A DNA stretch of 63,660 nucleotides from Gammaproteobacteria bacterium (GTDB lineage Bacteria; Pseudomonadota; Gammaproteobacteria; Eutrophobiales; Eutrophobiaceae). Every line of letters starts with the position of its first letter. The stretch's first letter is position 1. The position numbers and the translations under genes were made by a program. Below the pieces are notes generated by a model. The model had not been told where the DNA came from. It saw only the letters and a list, made by a program, of their open reading frames with translations, and searched no databases. The DNA lies in contig JAJFKK010000088.1 in assembly GCA_021773245.1 (NCBI GenBank), forward strand, positions 1-63,660, read 5' to 3'. Shown piece by piece: positions 9,579 through 17,642 of this stretch.

Positions 9579-12307
9579 TCAACACCAGCTCCAGCATCAT
9601 TAAGATGTTTAGTTAATGGCAGATATGCTCCCTGCTTCAAATGATTAGTAGAATAGTCTCCAACATCAACATCCCGTTCAGTAATCCCATAAAGTCGTTC
9701 GCCCTCTATTTCTCCACCTCTACTGTATCGCGGATTCTTTCGATAAAGTGCGATAGCACTACCCTCTTCAACAGAAAACCTAATATCATTAACATGTACC
9801 CATGATTGATCTTTCACCGCAATTCCCAACACACAATCTGTAAGCTGACTCTGTTCAACAGTCACGTTACTTGCTTCACCTATTGAAAGACATTTATCAC
9901 CCGTACCGTTGATTTTCACATGACTAATCACTGATCTTGAATTCATTAAATCAATCGCATCATTACCAATATTTGAAAAACGTGAATCCGATACGGTGAC
10001 ATCAACAATATCCATATCTAATGCATCAAAGGCCGTGTTATTAAATTCACAATCACGAATAGCTCCATGACTGTATGCCACATGCAATGCATCATCACCC
10101 ACTGTATTGTCGCTGATCAAACAATGCTCTAATTGAAAACTATCTACATCGTGGATGTTCAGTTGTCCCGGATAATCCACCAGGTTACGGCGTGCAACAG
10201 AACCACCTTTAACATGTATATGACTCAAATGACTATTAGAAGCCGCTTTGCCATGAATCACTATACTGCCCCAGGCATGCTCTGCCTCTTTACGTTCGAA
10301 TTTAATAGGGGAAGTTTCCGTGCCTTCTGCTATCACTTTTCCATAAAAGAAAATGGAACGATCTTTAGAAAGTTTAAATACTGTATCGGCTAATATAGTT
10401 ACCGTTTGTTCTTCTGAAAAAAACAAATCGTCATTTACAATGATTTCACCAGACAACTCAATGTCTTTATTAACTGCTTGTTTATCGAACAATAATTGCC
10501 AGGGATGCAAAGAAGCGGTGTTTGACGCATCTGCTAAGGTATCTACCTTGTTAATGACAACCGGAGTAGAGGTGATGGCATTTTTAGCCGTTAATGCATT
10601 ATCGGATATCAGCTCTGACACCCCTTTGCCCTTAATCATATAGCGGTAATGCAATGGCGATTGTTTGTAGGTCTCTTTACCATACACACTTATATCTTTA
10701 CGACTTAACTTATCATCAATATCAACTGCAATACCTGGATATAATCGTTCATTTTGTTCACCTATTAATACAGCTTGTTCATTGTCTTCATAGATACGAA
10801 ACAGTTTTACATCTTCGCGCAGATGCTCTGGAATAATTGACCAGGGATTAAAATCAATTGGATTAAGACCATTTATATTTAATGTAATTTGAACCTGATC
10901 ACTAGTCCGATTTTCAATAGTATAATTAGCAAAGACTGAATTAAATGATTGTCCGACAAGGCCGTGCCTAATATTGTAGATTTGTTTTAGATCATTAATA
11001 GCATCGGCATATTCATCCATCGAAAGCGGCATCATCTTATCTAATATAAAAGTACTAATATCTGCTGTTGGTTGTTGACGATAAGGATCGGCAGCAAATT
11101 CAGGCCTGATTACGCTATCGGCTTTATCAACCATGTCAGTAATATGTTTAACATTAAAGCGTTGCCATAGCCGATACATAATTTGATCACGTTCATACTT
11201 CAATATTGGGTTTAACACCACTTGCTTCATTAACGGCGTTACCGGGATCCTCACCTGAACACTCCAATAACGGATATCCCACGCAATTGGTTCAAACTTA
11301 CCCTTATAAGGATCAAAATAGAGCCGATGGTTATGAAAATAATCGTGATGATAACTTCCAACAAGCCTATCGAGCCCCCAAAATAGATAGAATTTTTCTT
11401 TGTCGAACAATGTTTCAAATGAGCGCATAAAAGACAAAGGGTCGGACTCATTAATAATATTAACAAAGGTTTTAATGTCTTCACGATCTGATGTTGATTC
11501 TGCATTTCTGGCGGCGTCTTTTTGCCAAAGACGTTCATCTACCCACAACGCTGATGTATTATTTTCAGTCTTGAAAACTTTTTCACCTTCTAATGAAGAC
11601 CCAAAAAGATTAGATATAAAGACTGTATCTCCTGAATAAATACTACCGGGCATACGATTGTTTTTACGAAGAAAGGATTCGTCTAATTTACTCAGAAAAA
11701 AATGCAGCCCGTTCGTTTCATTATTAATGAATACACGTGCAGGGAAATAGTCCGGCGTCAATAGTCCAATCGAACGCGCAATATCATAACTCACCCAATC
11801 CGTGATAGTATGAAGCGTTGAAGGATTAACCAGATTAAATTGGCGCTCATTACGGTAAGTGCTAAATGGCGGTAATTTCAAGCGTAATGATTTTTTTTCA
11901 TAAAGCCAATGTAATGCTAAGCCACCACGGTAACGAAATTGCGCTTCACCTGTAAAGGGTGGGTTATCAACCTTAAGATGACTTTGTTTAAACTGACGCT
12001 TCGCACTGGAAGGCAAATCTCGTTCTAATGATTCTATATCTTTCTCATCGACAAACAGGTCAAATGTCGGCAACGTAGTTTGTTCAGGTAATGAAGACGC
12101 AGTAAACTTTTGATACTGTCGTGCGATGTACTCGTTTGTGAATAAATGGAGTGTATCCAGATTATAATGTAGATATGGTGCTGCCGCCTTTTTGTACAGC
12201 ATCATCCAACTAAAACCGTTAAACAGAATGCTGCATGTTCCCGTGAGCAGTAACATTGCGATTAGAACTGACCAATAAGATCCACCTTTTGAATATTTCA
12301 ATGTCAT
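9575..12307 (-). CDS. Membrane-anchored CotH kinase-fold protein fused to a right-handed parallel beta-helix domain
   Basis: 910 aa. N-terminal hydrophobic anchor is YWSVLIAMLLLTGTCSILFNGFSWMMLY. The central region shows CotH-family hallmarks (RQFNLVNPSTLHTITDWVSYDIARSIGLL, VFINNETNGLHFFLSKLDESFL, HNHRLYFDPYKGKFEPIAWD). The C-terminal ~250 aa carry PbH1-like repeats (GDDALHV, AFDALDMD, GNDAIDL, GDKCLSIG). Confidence 0.8.
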   Translation of the reverse strand: MTLKYSKGGSYWSVLIAMLLLTGTCSILFNGFSWMMLYKKAAAPYLHYNLDTLHLFTNEYIARQYQKFTASSLPEQTTLPTFDLFVDEKDIESLERDLPSSAKRQFKQSHLKVDNPPFTGEAQFRYRGGLALHWLYEKKSLRLKLPPFSTYRNERQFNLVNPSTLHTITDWVSYDIARSIGLLTPDYFPARVFINNETNGLHFFLSKLDESFLRKNNRMPGSIYSGDTVFISNLFGSSLEGEKVFKTENNTSALWVDERLWQKDAARNAESTSDREDIKTFVNIINESDPLSFMRSFETLFDKEKFYLFWGLDRLVGSYHHDYFHNHRLYFDPYKGKFEPIAWDIRYWSVQVRIPVTPLMKQVVLNPILKYERDQIMYRLWQRFNVKHITDMVDKADSVIRPEFAADPYRQQPTADISTFILDKMMPLSMDEYADAINDLKQIYNIRHGLVGQSFNSVFANYTIENRTSDQVQITLNINGLNPIDFNPWSIIPEHLREDVKLFRIYEDNEQAVLIGEQNERLYPGIAVDIDDKLSRKDISVYGKETYKQSPLHYRYMIKGKGVSELISDNALTAKNAITSTPVVINKVDTLADASNTASLHPWQLLFDKQAVNKDIELSGEIIVNDDLFFSEEQTVTILADTVFKLSKDRSIFFYGKVIAEGTETSPIKFERKEAEHAWGSIVIHGKAASNSHLSHIHVKGGSVARRNLVDYPGQLNIHDVDSFQLEHCLISDNTVGDDALHVAYSHGAIRDCEFNNTAFDALDMDIVDVTVSDSRFSNIGNDAIDLMNSRSVISHVKINGTGDKCLSIGEASNVTVEQSQLTDCVLGIAVKDQSWVHVNDIRFSVEEGSAIALYRKNPRYSRGGEIEGERLYGITERDVDVGDYSTNHLKQGAYLPLTKHLNDAGAGVE

Positions 12308-12318
12308 GCTTTTATTAA

Positions 12319-13362
12319 CTATTGTTTTGTAATTTTCCGGTAGTTAGCTCGCTTAGAATATCTTCCTAGAATTAGATAAATAAATAAAAAACCGATTAAT
12401 GTTAAACAAATAATCTGTCCTAGTGAAAAAAGTATAGGATGATCTCGAAAAAAGGCTCGGCTCGGCAATAAGCTAATAGCCAAATTATAATATTCCGAAT
12501 AACTAAATTTTAAAAAAGGCTTAACATGAGGAAAATGTAGTCTAAACCGATTATCGATACTACATAAAAAAGTATGTAATTTTCTTTTCTCTTTCGGCAA
12601 CAAAATACCTTGTTTATTATTAAGTAATTCGATTTTGAGTAAAAATGAAGTGTTTGCTATACCAAAATTAGAAATAGTAAAATGACTTAAAGTGATAACA
12701 GCATGTTGATTATCATATAACATTATGAAATTAACATTTTCTACTGAATTTACCTTTAACGATTCCGAAATTGATATTGCTGAATTCTGACTAACATCAG
12801 AAAGCAGATGAATTAATGCAGGGCGTTCTTTCCTCTTGACTAGACTAAACAATGGGTGCTTATCAAAAGGTGAATGCGTCTTATTGTAATGTTTTACTTC
12901 AAAGCTCTTAATATCTTTTGGTGAAACAGAGAAGTTTGAATAAATTATTTGTTCTCTTTCTTTTCTATATTTTGCTAAATTTTTATCCAGAATATGTTTT
13001 AGTTCTTTACCCTTATTAAGAATCTCTAAATTATCGTAGTCATAGTATGTTGTGCTGATCTCTCTATTGCCTGAATAGCTTTTAAAATCATTATCCGCAT
13101 CGGGAGCCAGTATCGCGTGTTTTGTAAGAAAGTCGGTTACTGCAGAAATATCATCACTGCCAAGCATATAATAAGTATTTTCAAAGTCCTGATTTTCACA
13201 ACTATTCAGATGCAAATCTTCGACTGAAGCAGCACCGGCGCTTATAGTTATTATGACCAGTATAAAACTCAGGCAAAATGCCCTTAAGGTTGAAGACAAT
13301 GTTATAACTCTATACAGACGATAAATCCTGGTCGTATGCAACAAGCGTAGCACGAGTAACAC
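12319..13362 (-). CDS. Orphan envelope protein (N-terminal signal/anchor, C-terminal TM anchor with basic tail)
   Basis: 347-aa ORF. The longest form overlaps the upstream gene by 53 nt. An in-frame TTG at 13299 would give MSSTLRAFCLSFILVIITISAGAAS, a good signal peptide, and would remove the overlap. The C-terminus has a TM helix (LGQIICLTLIGFLFIYLIL) followed by GRYSKRANYRKITKQ. I recognise no family. Confidence 0.6.
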   Translation of the reverse strand: MLLVLRLLHTTRIYRLYRVITLSSTLRAFCLSFILVIITISAGAASVEDLHLNSCENQDFENTYYMLGSDDISAVTDFLTKHAILAPDADNDFKSYSGNREISTTYYDYDNLEILNKGKELKHILDKNLAKYRKEREQIIYSNFSVSPKDIKSFEVKHYNKTHSPFDKHPLFSLVKRKERPALIHLLSDVSQNSAISISESLKVNSVENVNFIMLYDNQHAVITLSHFTISNFGIANTSFLLKIELLNNKQGILLPKEKRKLHTFLCSIDNRFRLHFPHVKPFLKFSYSEYYNLAISLLPSRAFFRDHPILFSLGQIICLTLIGFLFIYLILGRYSKRANYRKITKQ

Positions 13363-14026
13363 TTTCGTTAGCCTGCAGTTTGTTCATAAAACCAATTTGA
13401 TCTTGTTGTGTTTTAGCTTCCAGTGTTATTTCTGTGCCAGAACTTGATACCGTTTTTGATTTTATTGAAAGTAAGTCGGTTTGTTGTTTTATTTCTTTTA
13501 AGATCTCTTCTTCTTTTGATGGATCTGATAATTGCAGCACTAGTAAAAACGTATCAGCTACACCTTTTCCGGAACGCGTTAAGATCAACATAAAAATTGC
13601 AATCATAATCGAACCGACAATGGAAATATTAAAATAACCAACACCATTAGCAATACCAACACTAATCGCCCAAAATAGAAAAATCAGATCCATACTATCT
13701 TTAACCGGAGTTCTGAAACGAACGATTGACAATGCACCAACCATACCTAGAGAAAGTATCAAGTTTCCGCTAATCGTCATAATGATCATGGAAGTCACTG
13801 TACTCGCCAGGACTAACGAGATATTAAAACTGCGTTGATATAGAACGCCTTGATAGGTTTTTTTATAAATAAAAAATATAAACATACCAACTAAAAATGA
13901 CATTGATATATTTAACAGAATATTTAGAGTAGTAATTCTATCCGTACTACCCATAGACATTGCGATAAAACTTTTTTGCAGTACATCTGCGAAGGTAACT
14001 TGATCCATTGTTAATTGTCCTCCCAT
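13310..14026 (-). CDS. DUF4956-type membrane protein
   Basis: 238 aa with about four TM helices. It contains the LSIVRFRTPVKDSMDLIFLFWAISVGIANG segment characteristic of DUF4956, then a soluble ~80-aa C-terminal domain. It overlaps the VTC gene by 16 nt. Confidence 0.7.
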   Translation of the reverse strand: MGGQLTMDQVTFADVLQKSFIAMSMGSTDRITTLNILLNISMSFLVGMFIFFIYKKTYQGVLYQRSFNISLVLASTVTSMIIMTISGNLILSLGMVGALSIVRFRTPVKDSMDLIFLFWAISVGIANGVGYFNISIVGSIMIAIFMLILTRSGKGVADTFLLVLQLSDPSKEEEILKEIKQQTDLLSIKSKTVSSSGTEITLEAKTQQDQIGFMNKLQANESVTRATLVAYDQDLSSV

Positions 14027-14718
14027 TTCTGGACTTTATGGAATCGTCTGGCTAAAGTGTATTTACTAATAGCCATTCTTTCTGAATTAATTGATGATAA
14101 TACTTTCTTTAAATAACCTGGGAAAAACTCGTCATACTTAATTTCCAATATTTGCTTGCCTTCTAGAATAACAGGCATCAAGTCCTTAGTTGCTGAGAAG
14201 AGATCAAGGTGGTTTATATTAGAACGTAAATTTTGATCAAACGTTACCCGTATATTCGAGACAGGTAAAACACAGGCCAGCCTATTATATTCAACAATAA
14301 CTTTTGGTTTGTATAGCTTTGTAACAAAGGTCGTATAAATTTCATTCAATACGGCATTATTTTTTTGTAATAGTACAGCATAATTACCAAGACATACTTC
14401 TTTAGCTTGTTCTTTGCTAATAGTCACCGAATCCTTTTTAACAATCTGTCCGTACTTACGCTTTATTTCAAACTTTACAGATTCATTTCCATCGTCACCA
14501 TAGGTACGTAAGCGAATTTTTTTTCTTAATAAATTTCCGGATTGCTTCTCGTACAGACATTCATCGTCATGCGAATCAAAATAAAGACTACGTACACGAT
14601 AACTTTGCTGATCTTTACAGTTTGTATCAAGATCCATTAACGTCATTAATTGATGCATCGTTCTTTGTGACTGAACTTCGTTGAGATAGTATTTTAATTC
14701 GTAGCGTTTAAATTGCAT
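14011..14718 (-). CDS. VTC-domain / triphosphate tunnel metalloenzyme-like protein (polyphosphate polymerase domain family)
   Basis: 235 aa with no TM segment. It shows successive beta-strand motifs with alternating charged residues, typical of the TTM tunnel: RYELKYY, YRVRSLYFD, KIRLRTY, KFEIKRK, IVEYNR, IRVTFD, ILEIKYD. The C-terminus reads SKYTLARRF. Confidence 0.75.
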   Translation of the reverse strand: MQFKRYELKYYLNEVQSQRTMHQLMTLMDLDTNCKDQQSYRVRSLYFDSHDDECLYEKQSGNLLRKKIRLRTYGDDGNESVKFEIKRKYGQIVKKDSVTISKEQAKEVCLGNYAVLLQKNNAVLNEIYTTFVTKLYKPKVIVEYNRLACVLPVSNIRVTFDQNLRSNINHLDLFSATKDLMPVILEGKQILEIKYDEFFPGYLKKVLSSINSERMAISKYTLARRFHKVQKWEDN

Positions 14719-14938
14719 TTGTAATGTTATAAAGTAATTTTGTTATTATTAACTTAACTATTTATACAACAATTTTGAATTATAACTTTAAAGTCTTCAT
14801 TCAGAATAAATCAGTTCCATAATGTATGACTGACGATAAAATTCAACTAATTCACTTCGTCAATTTACCAAGTCCGTTTCAGACTTAAACATTCACTAAT
14901 TGAATAATTAACAATTTACTAAGTCTTTAGTAAAAACA

Positions 14939-14963
14939 TGACAAAGTTGTCACTTTCTGACAA
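14939..14963 (+). promoter_or_regulatory. Candidate enhancer (UAS) for PilR: three TGACAA/TTGTCA half-sites
   Basis: The sequence is TGACAA-AG-TTGTCA-ctttc-TGACAA. It lies about 110-130 bp upstream of the sigma-54 promoter of the first pilin gene. P. aeruginosa PilR sites are reported to contain TGTC cores. Confidence 0.4.
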
Positions 14964-15070
14964 CAAAGAACATTTCTATATATGTAATATTAGTTAATCA
15001 GAATTTGATATATCCCTCTAAGTAATTGAATAATATTAGAAAAATAAATATATATCTATTTCTACTAATC

Positions 15071-15085
15071 TGGCATGAGCCCTGC
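15071..15085 (+). promoter_or_regulatory. Sigma-54 (-24/-12) promoter of pilin gene 1
   Basis: TGGCATGAGCCCTGC matches TGGCAC-N5-TTGC with the exact GG-N10-GC spacing. It lies about 100 bp upstream of the pilin ATG. The cognate NtrC-type activator PilR is encoded 1 kb away. Confidence 0.8.
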
Positions 15086-15187
15086 TTATAGGTAAACACC
15101 TCAAACTGGGGTAAAAACTATAGTTTTTGTAATCAGTTTAATTCGCTGAATTAATCAGCGAATCCAAAAATAACGGAGAAAGTTATA

Positions 15188-15601
15188 ATGAAACAAATGA
15201 AAAAGATCTCAGCATCAGCACAAAAGGGTTTCACCTTAATCGAATTAATGATCGTGGTTGCGATTATCGGTATTTTGGCAGCTATCGCAATTCCTGCATA
15301 TCAAGACTATGTTGCTAACGCGCATGGTGGTGCTGCAATGAAAGGCGCAAGTATCTATGCTCAAAAAGCGGGCGTTTGTGTCCAAACCGGTATTGGTTGT
15401 TCAACTCTTAATGCTGAACTTGCAGCTGCAGCTGAAACGACTGGTACCTTCACACAAAGTGCATCTGCAACGATGGTCTTTGATGATGGTGCTTGTGCTG
15501 TAACTACAACAGTAACAACTGCTGGTGCAGTATCTTATGCAGCAGCTTCATCTGGCGCAGGTGCAACTGACGCACAGTGTACAGCTGGCGCAGGTATCTA
15601 A
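15188..15601 (+). CDS. pilA: Type IVa major pilin (PilA-like), copy 1
   Basis: 137 aa. Class III signal is ...AQKG|[27 protein letters not shown], with Glu at +5. There are two Cys pairs. A GGAGA RBS lies 8 nt upstream. The mature length is 123 aa. Confidence 0.93.
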   Translation: MKQMKKISASAQKGFTLIELMIVVAIIGILAAIAIPAYQDYVANAHGGAAMKGASIYAQKAGVCVQTGIGCSTLNAELAAAAETTGTFTQSASATMVFDDGACAVTTTVTTAGAVSYAAASSGAGATDAQCTAGAGI

Positions 15602-15627
15602 TCTTTTAGATTATAGAAGTTGTTAAT

Positions 15628-15655
15628 AAAGACCCGCTAATGCGGGTCTTTTTAA
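15628..15655 (+). terminator. Rho-independent terminator after pilin 1
   Basis: AAAGACCCGC-taat-GCGGGTCTTT forms a 10-bp stem with a 4-nt loop, running into a T tract (TTTTT). Confidence 0.85.
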
Positions 15656-15821
15656 ATAAGAAATAGATTTTTGAATGTACAAGTCTAGATGTGAAAAAAT
15701 AACAAATATGCAGGACGTACACTCATGGAGGATAGACGCAATAGAAGATTCACAATAGCGTTTAATCAACTTAAATAAATAAAATTATTATACATTTGTG
15801 ATACGCATTAGGAGAGTTTCC

Positions 15822-16223
15822 ATGAATTATAAGCACCCATCTCAGCAGGGTTTTACTTTAATCGAATTAATGATCGTAGTTGCAATTATCGGTATTTTGG
15901 CAGCTATCGCGATTCCGGCATATCAAGACTATGTCGCTAACGCACACGGCGGCGCTTCAATTAAAGGCGCAAGTAGTTATGCATCAAAAGCAGGTGTTTG
16001 TGTTCAATCTGGCATTGGTTGTTCAACTCTTAATGCTGAACTTGCAGCAGCAGCTGAAACCGCAGGCACATTTTCACAGGATGCTTCGGGAACAATGACT
16101 TATGACGATGGTGCTTGTGTTGTGACAACAACCGTTGCATTAAATGGTAGTGTAACTTATGCAGCGGCATCATCCGGTGCAGGCGCTAGCGATGCTCAAT
16201 GTACAACTGGTGCAGGCTTATAG
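15822..16223 (+). CDS. Type IVa pilin paralogue, copy 2
   Basis: The ORF-track start (GTG 15798) is probably too early. The ATG at 15822 is preceded by AGGAGA at a 6-nt spacing. The signal is [10 protein letters not shown]|FTLIELM... The mature part is 123 aa, collinear with copy 1 and roughly 80% identical by eye. Many synonymous differences separate the two copies. Confidence 0.9.
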   Translation: MNYKHPSQQGFTLIELMIVVAIIGILAAIAIPAYQDYVANAHGGASIKGASSYASKAGVCVQSGIGCSTLNAELAAAAETAGTFSQDASGTMTYDDGACVVTTTVALNGSVTYAAASSGAGASDAQCTTGAGL

Positions 16224-16232
16224 ATATTAAAC

Positions 16233-16263
16233 TGTATCTAATTAATCTATATAATTAGATACA
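16233..16263. terminator. AT-rich hairpin between convergent pilin 2 and pilR (possible bidirectional terminator)
   Basis: TGTATCTAATT-aatctatat-AATTAGATACA forms an 11-bp stem. ACTTTTAA follows on the plus strand. Confidence 0.4.
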
Positions 16264-16314
16264 ACTTTTAATTATATGTAAGTAATTTTGAATCAAAAAT
16301 TACGAATATTAGTA

Positions 16315-17640
16315 TTATTTATTCAAGCCGAATTTTTCTAAACGATAGCGTAATACACGTAAGCTTAAACCCAGTTTTTTTGCAGCAGCCGTTCGATTCC
16401 ATTTAGTTTCTTCAAGCACGGTTAAAATTGAATTACGTTCTATATCATCCAGTTGATGCGCCAGTGAACCTGATTGCAATTTCTGCTGTTCACTATCTTG
16501 TTTACCTTCCAGTTGACTAAGTAATAAATCTTCAGGAACAATCACATCTCCTTCAGCAAGCGTTAGTGCACGCTCAAGAATATTTTCTAGCTCGCGGATA
16601 TTACCTGGAAAGCTATAAGTCTGGAGTTTTTCTATCGCTTCTTTAGATAAATGTTTTCTATCTCCCCCGGTTTTTTCAGCTATCTGCTGTAATATGTAAT
16701 CGACTAATAGAGCAATATCTTCCATTCGGTCTCTTAAAGTCGGCACATGTATCTCAATAACGTTAATTCGATAATACAAATCTTGTCGAAAACTTTCCTG
16801 CTCCACCATGACCGCTAAATCTTTATGCGTTGCACTTAAAATTCGTATATCTATTTCTATCTCTACATGCGCTCCTACTGGTCGAATTCGTTTTTCCTGG
16901 ATTGCTCGTAATAATTTAACTTGTAAATGTAGAGGCAAATCAGCTACTTCGTCAAGAAATAAAGTCCCACCTTCAGCTGCTATAAATAAACCATCTTTGT
17001 CTGAATCTGCTCCAGTAAAACTACCTTTCTTATGTCCAAAAAATTCGCTTTCCATTAACTCATGGGGAATGGCACCGCAGTTTACTGGTATAAAGGGTTT
17101 ACCACCGCGAGGACCGATATCATGGATCATTCTTGCAACAAGTTCTTTACCTGTACCAGACTCTCCACTTATGTATATTGGAGCCTGACTACGAGCAACC
17201 TTATTAATAGTCTTGTGTAACTTTTGAATTACATTACTTTTACCAATAATTGAACCATTTGAAACATCACGACTTGCACTTAAATGCAATGCATTTTGCA
17301 CGATAGTTCTTAATGAATTTAGATCAACCGGCTTTGTCAGAAAATCAAACGCACCATATTTCAATGCTTGAATAGCACTATCCATACTGCCATGAGCTGT
17401 AATTACAGCAATAGGTATTTCTGGAAAGTTAGTCTGTATTTCGTTAACAAATTGTACGCCATCTCCATCCGGTAATTTCATGTCCGTCAAACATAAATCA
17501 AACTTATGTTGGTTTAATAACGTTCGCGCTGTTGCAAGGTTTCCTGCGCAATGGCTGTCGATTTTCATTCGTTGTAACGTTATTTGTAACAACTCCAGAA
17601 TATCAGGCTCATCATCAATTATTAATGCAAGTTGCGACAT
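16315..17640 (-). CDS. pilR: Sigma-54-dependent response regulator PilR
   Basis: 441 aa. REC domain has DDEPD and the phospho-acceptor context LTDMKLPDGDG. The AAA+ domain has GESGTGKELVAR, a GSFTGA loop (GAFTGA variant) and ESFRQDLYYRIN. A C-terminal Fis-type HTH is present. It lies directly downstream of pilS. Confidence 0.92.
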   Translation of the reverse strand: MSQLALIIDDEPDILELLQITLQRMKIDSHCAGNLATARTLLNQHKFDLCLTDMKLPDGDGVQFVNEIQTNFPEIPIAVITAHGSMDSAIQALKYGAFDFLTKPVDLNSLRTIVQNALHLSASRDVSNGSIIGKSNVIQKLHKTINKVARSQAPIYISGESGTGKELVARMIHDIGPRGGKPFIPVNCGAIPHELMESEFFGHKKGSFTGADSDKDGLFIAAEGGTLFLDEVADLPLHLQVKLLRAIQEKRIRPVGAHVEIEIDIRILSATHKDLAVMVEQESFRQDLYYRINVIEIHVPTLRDRMEDIALLVDYILQQIAEKTGGDRKHLSKEAIEKLQTYSFPGNIRELENILERALTLAEGDVIVPEDLLLSQLEGKQDSEQQKLQSGSLAHQLDDIERNSILTVLEETKWNRTAAAKKLGLSLRVLRYRLEKFGLNK

Positions 17641-17642
17641 AA

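Noticed and set aside
15726-15741. TGGAGGATAGACGCA as a possible sigma-54 promoter for pilin 2
   Set aside because: The GG-to-GC spacing is one nucleotide short of the obligatory N10, and the flanking consensus bases are absent.
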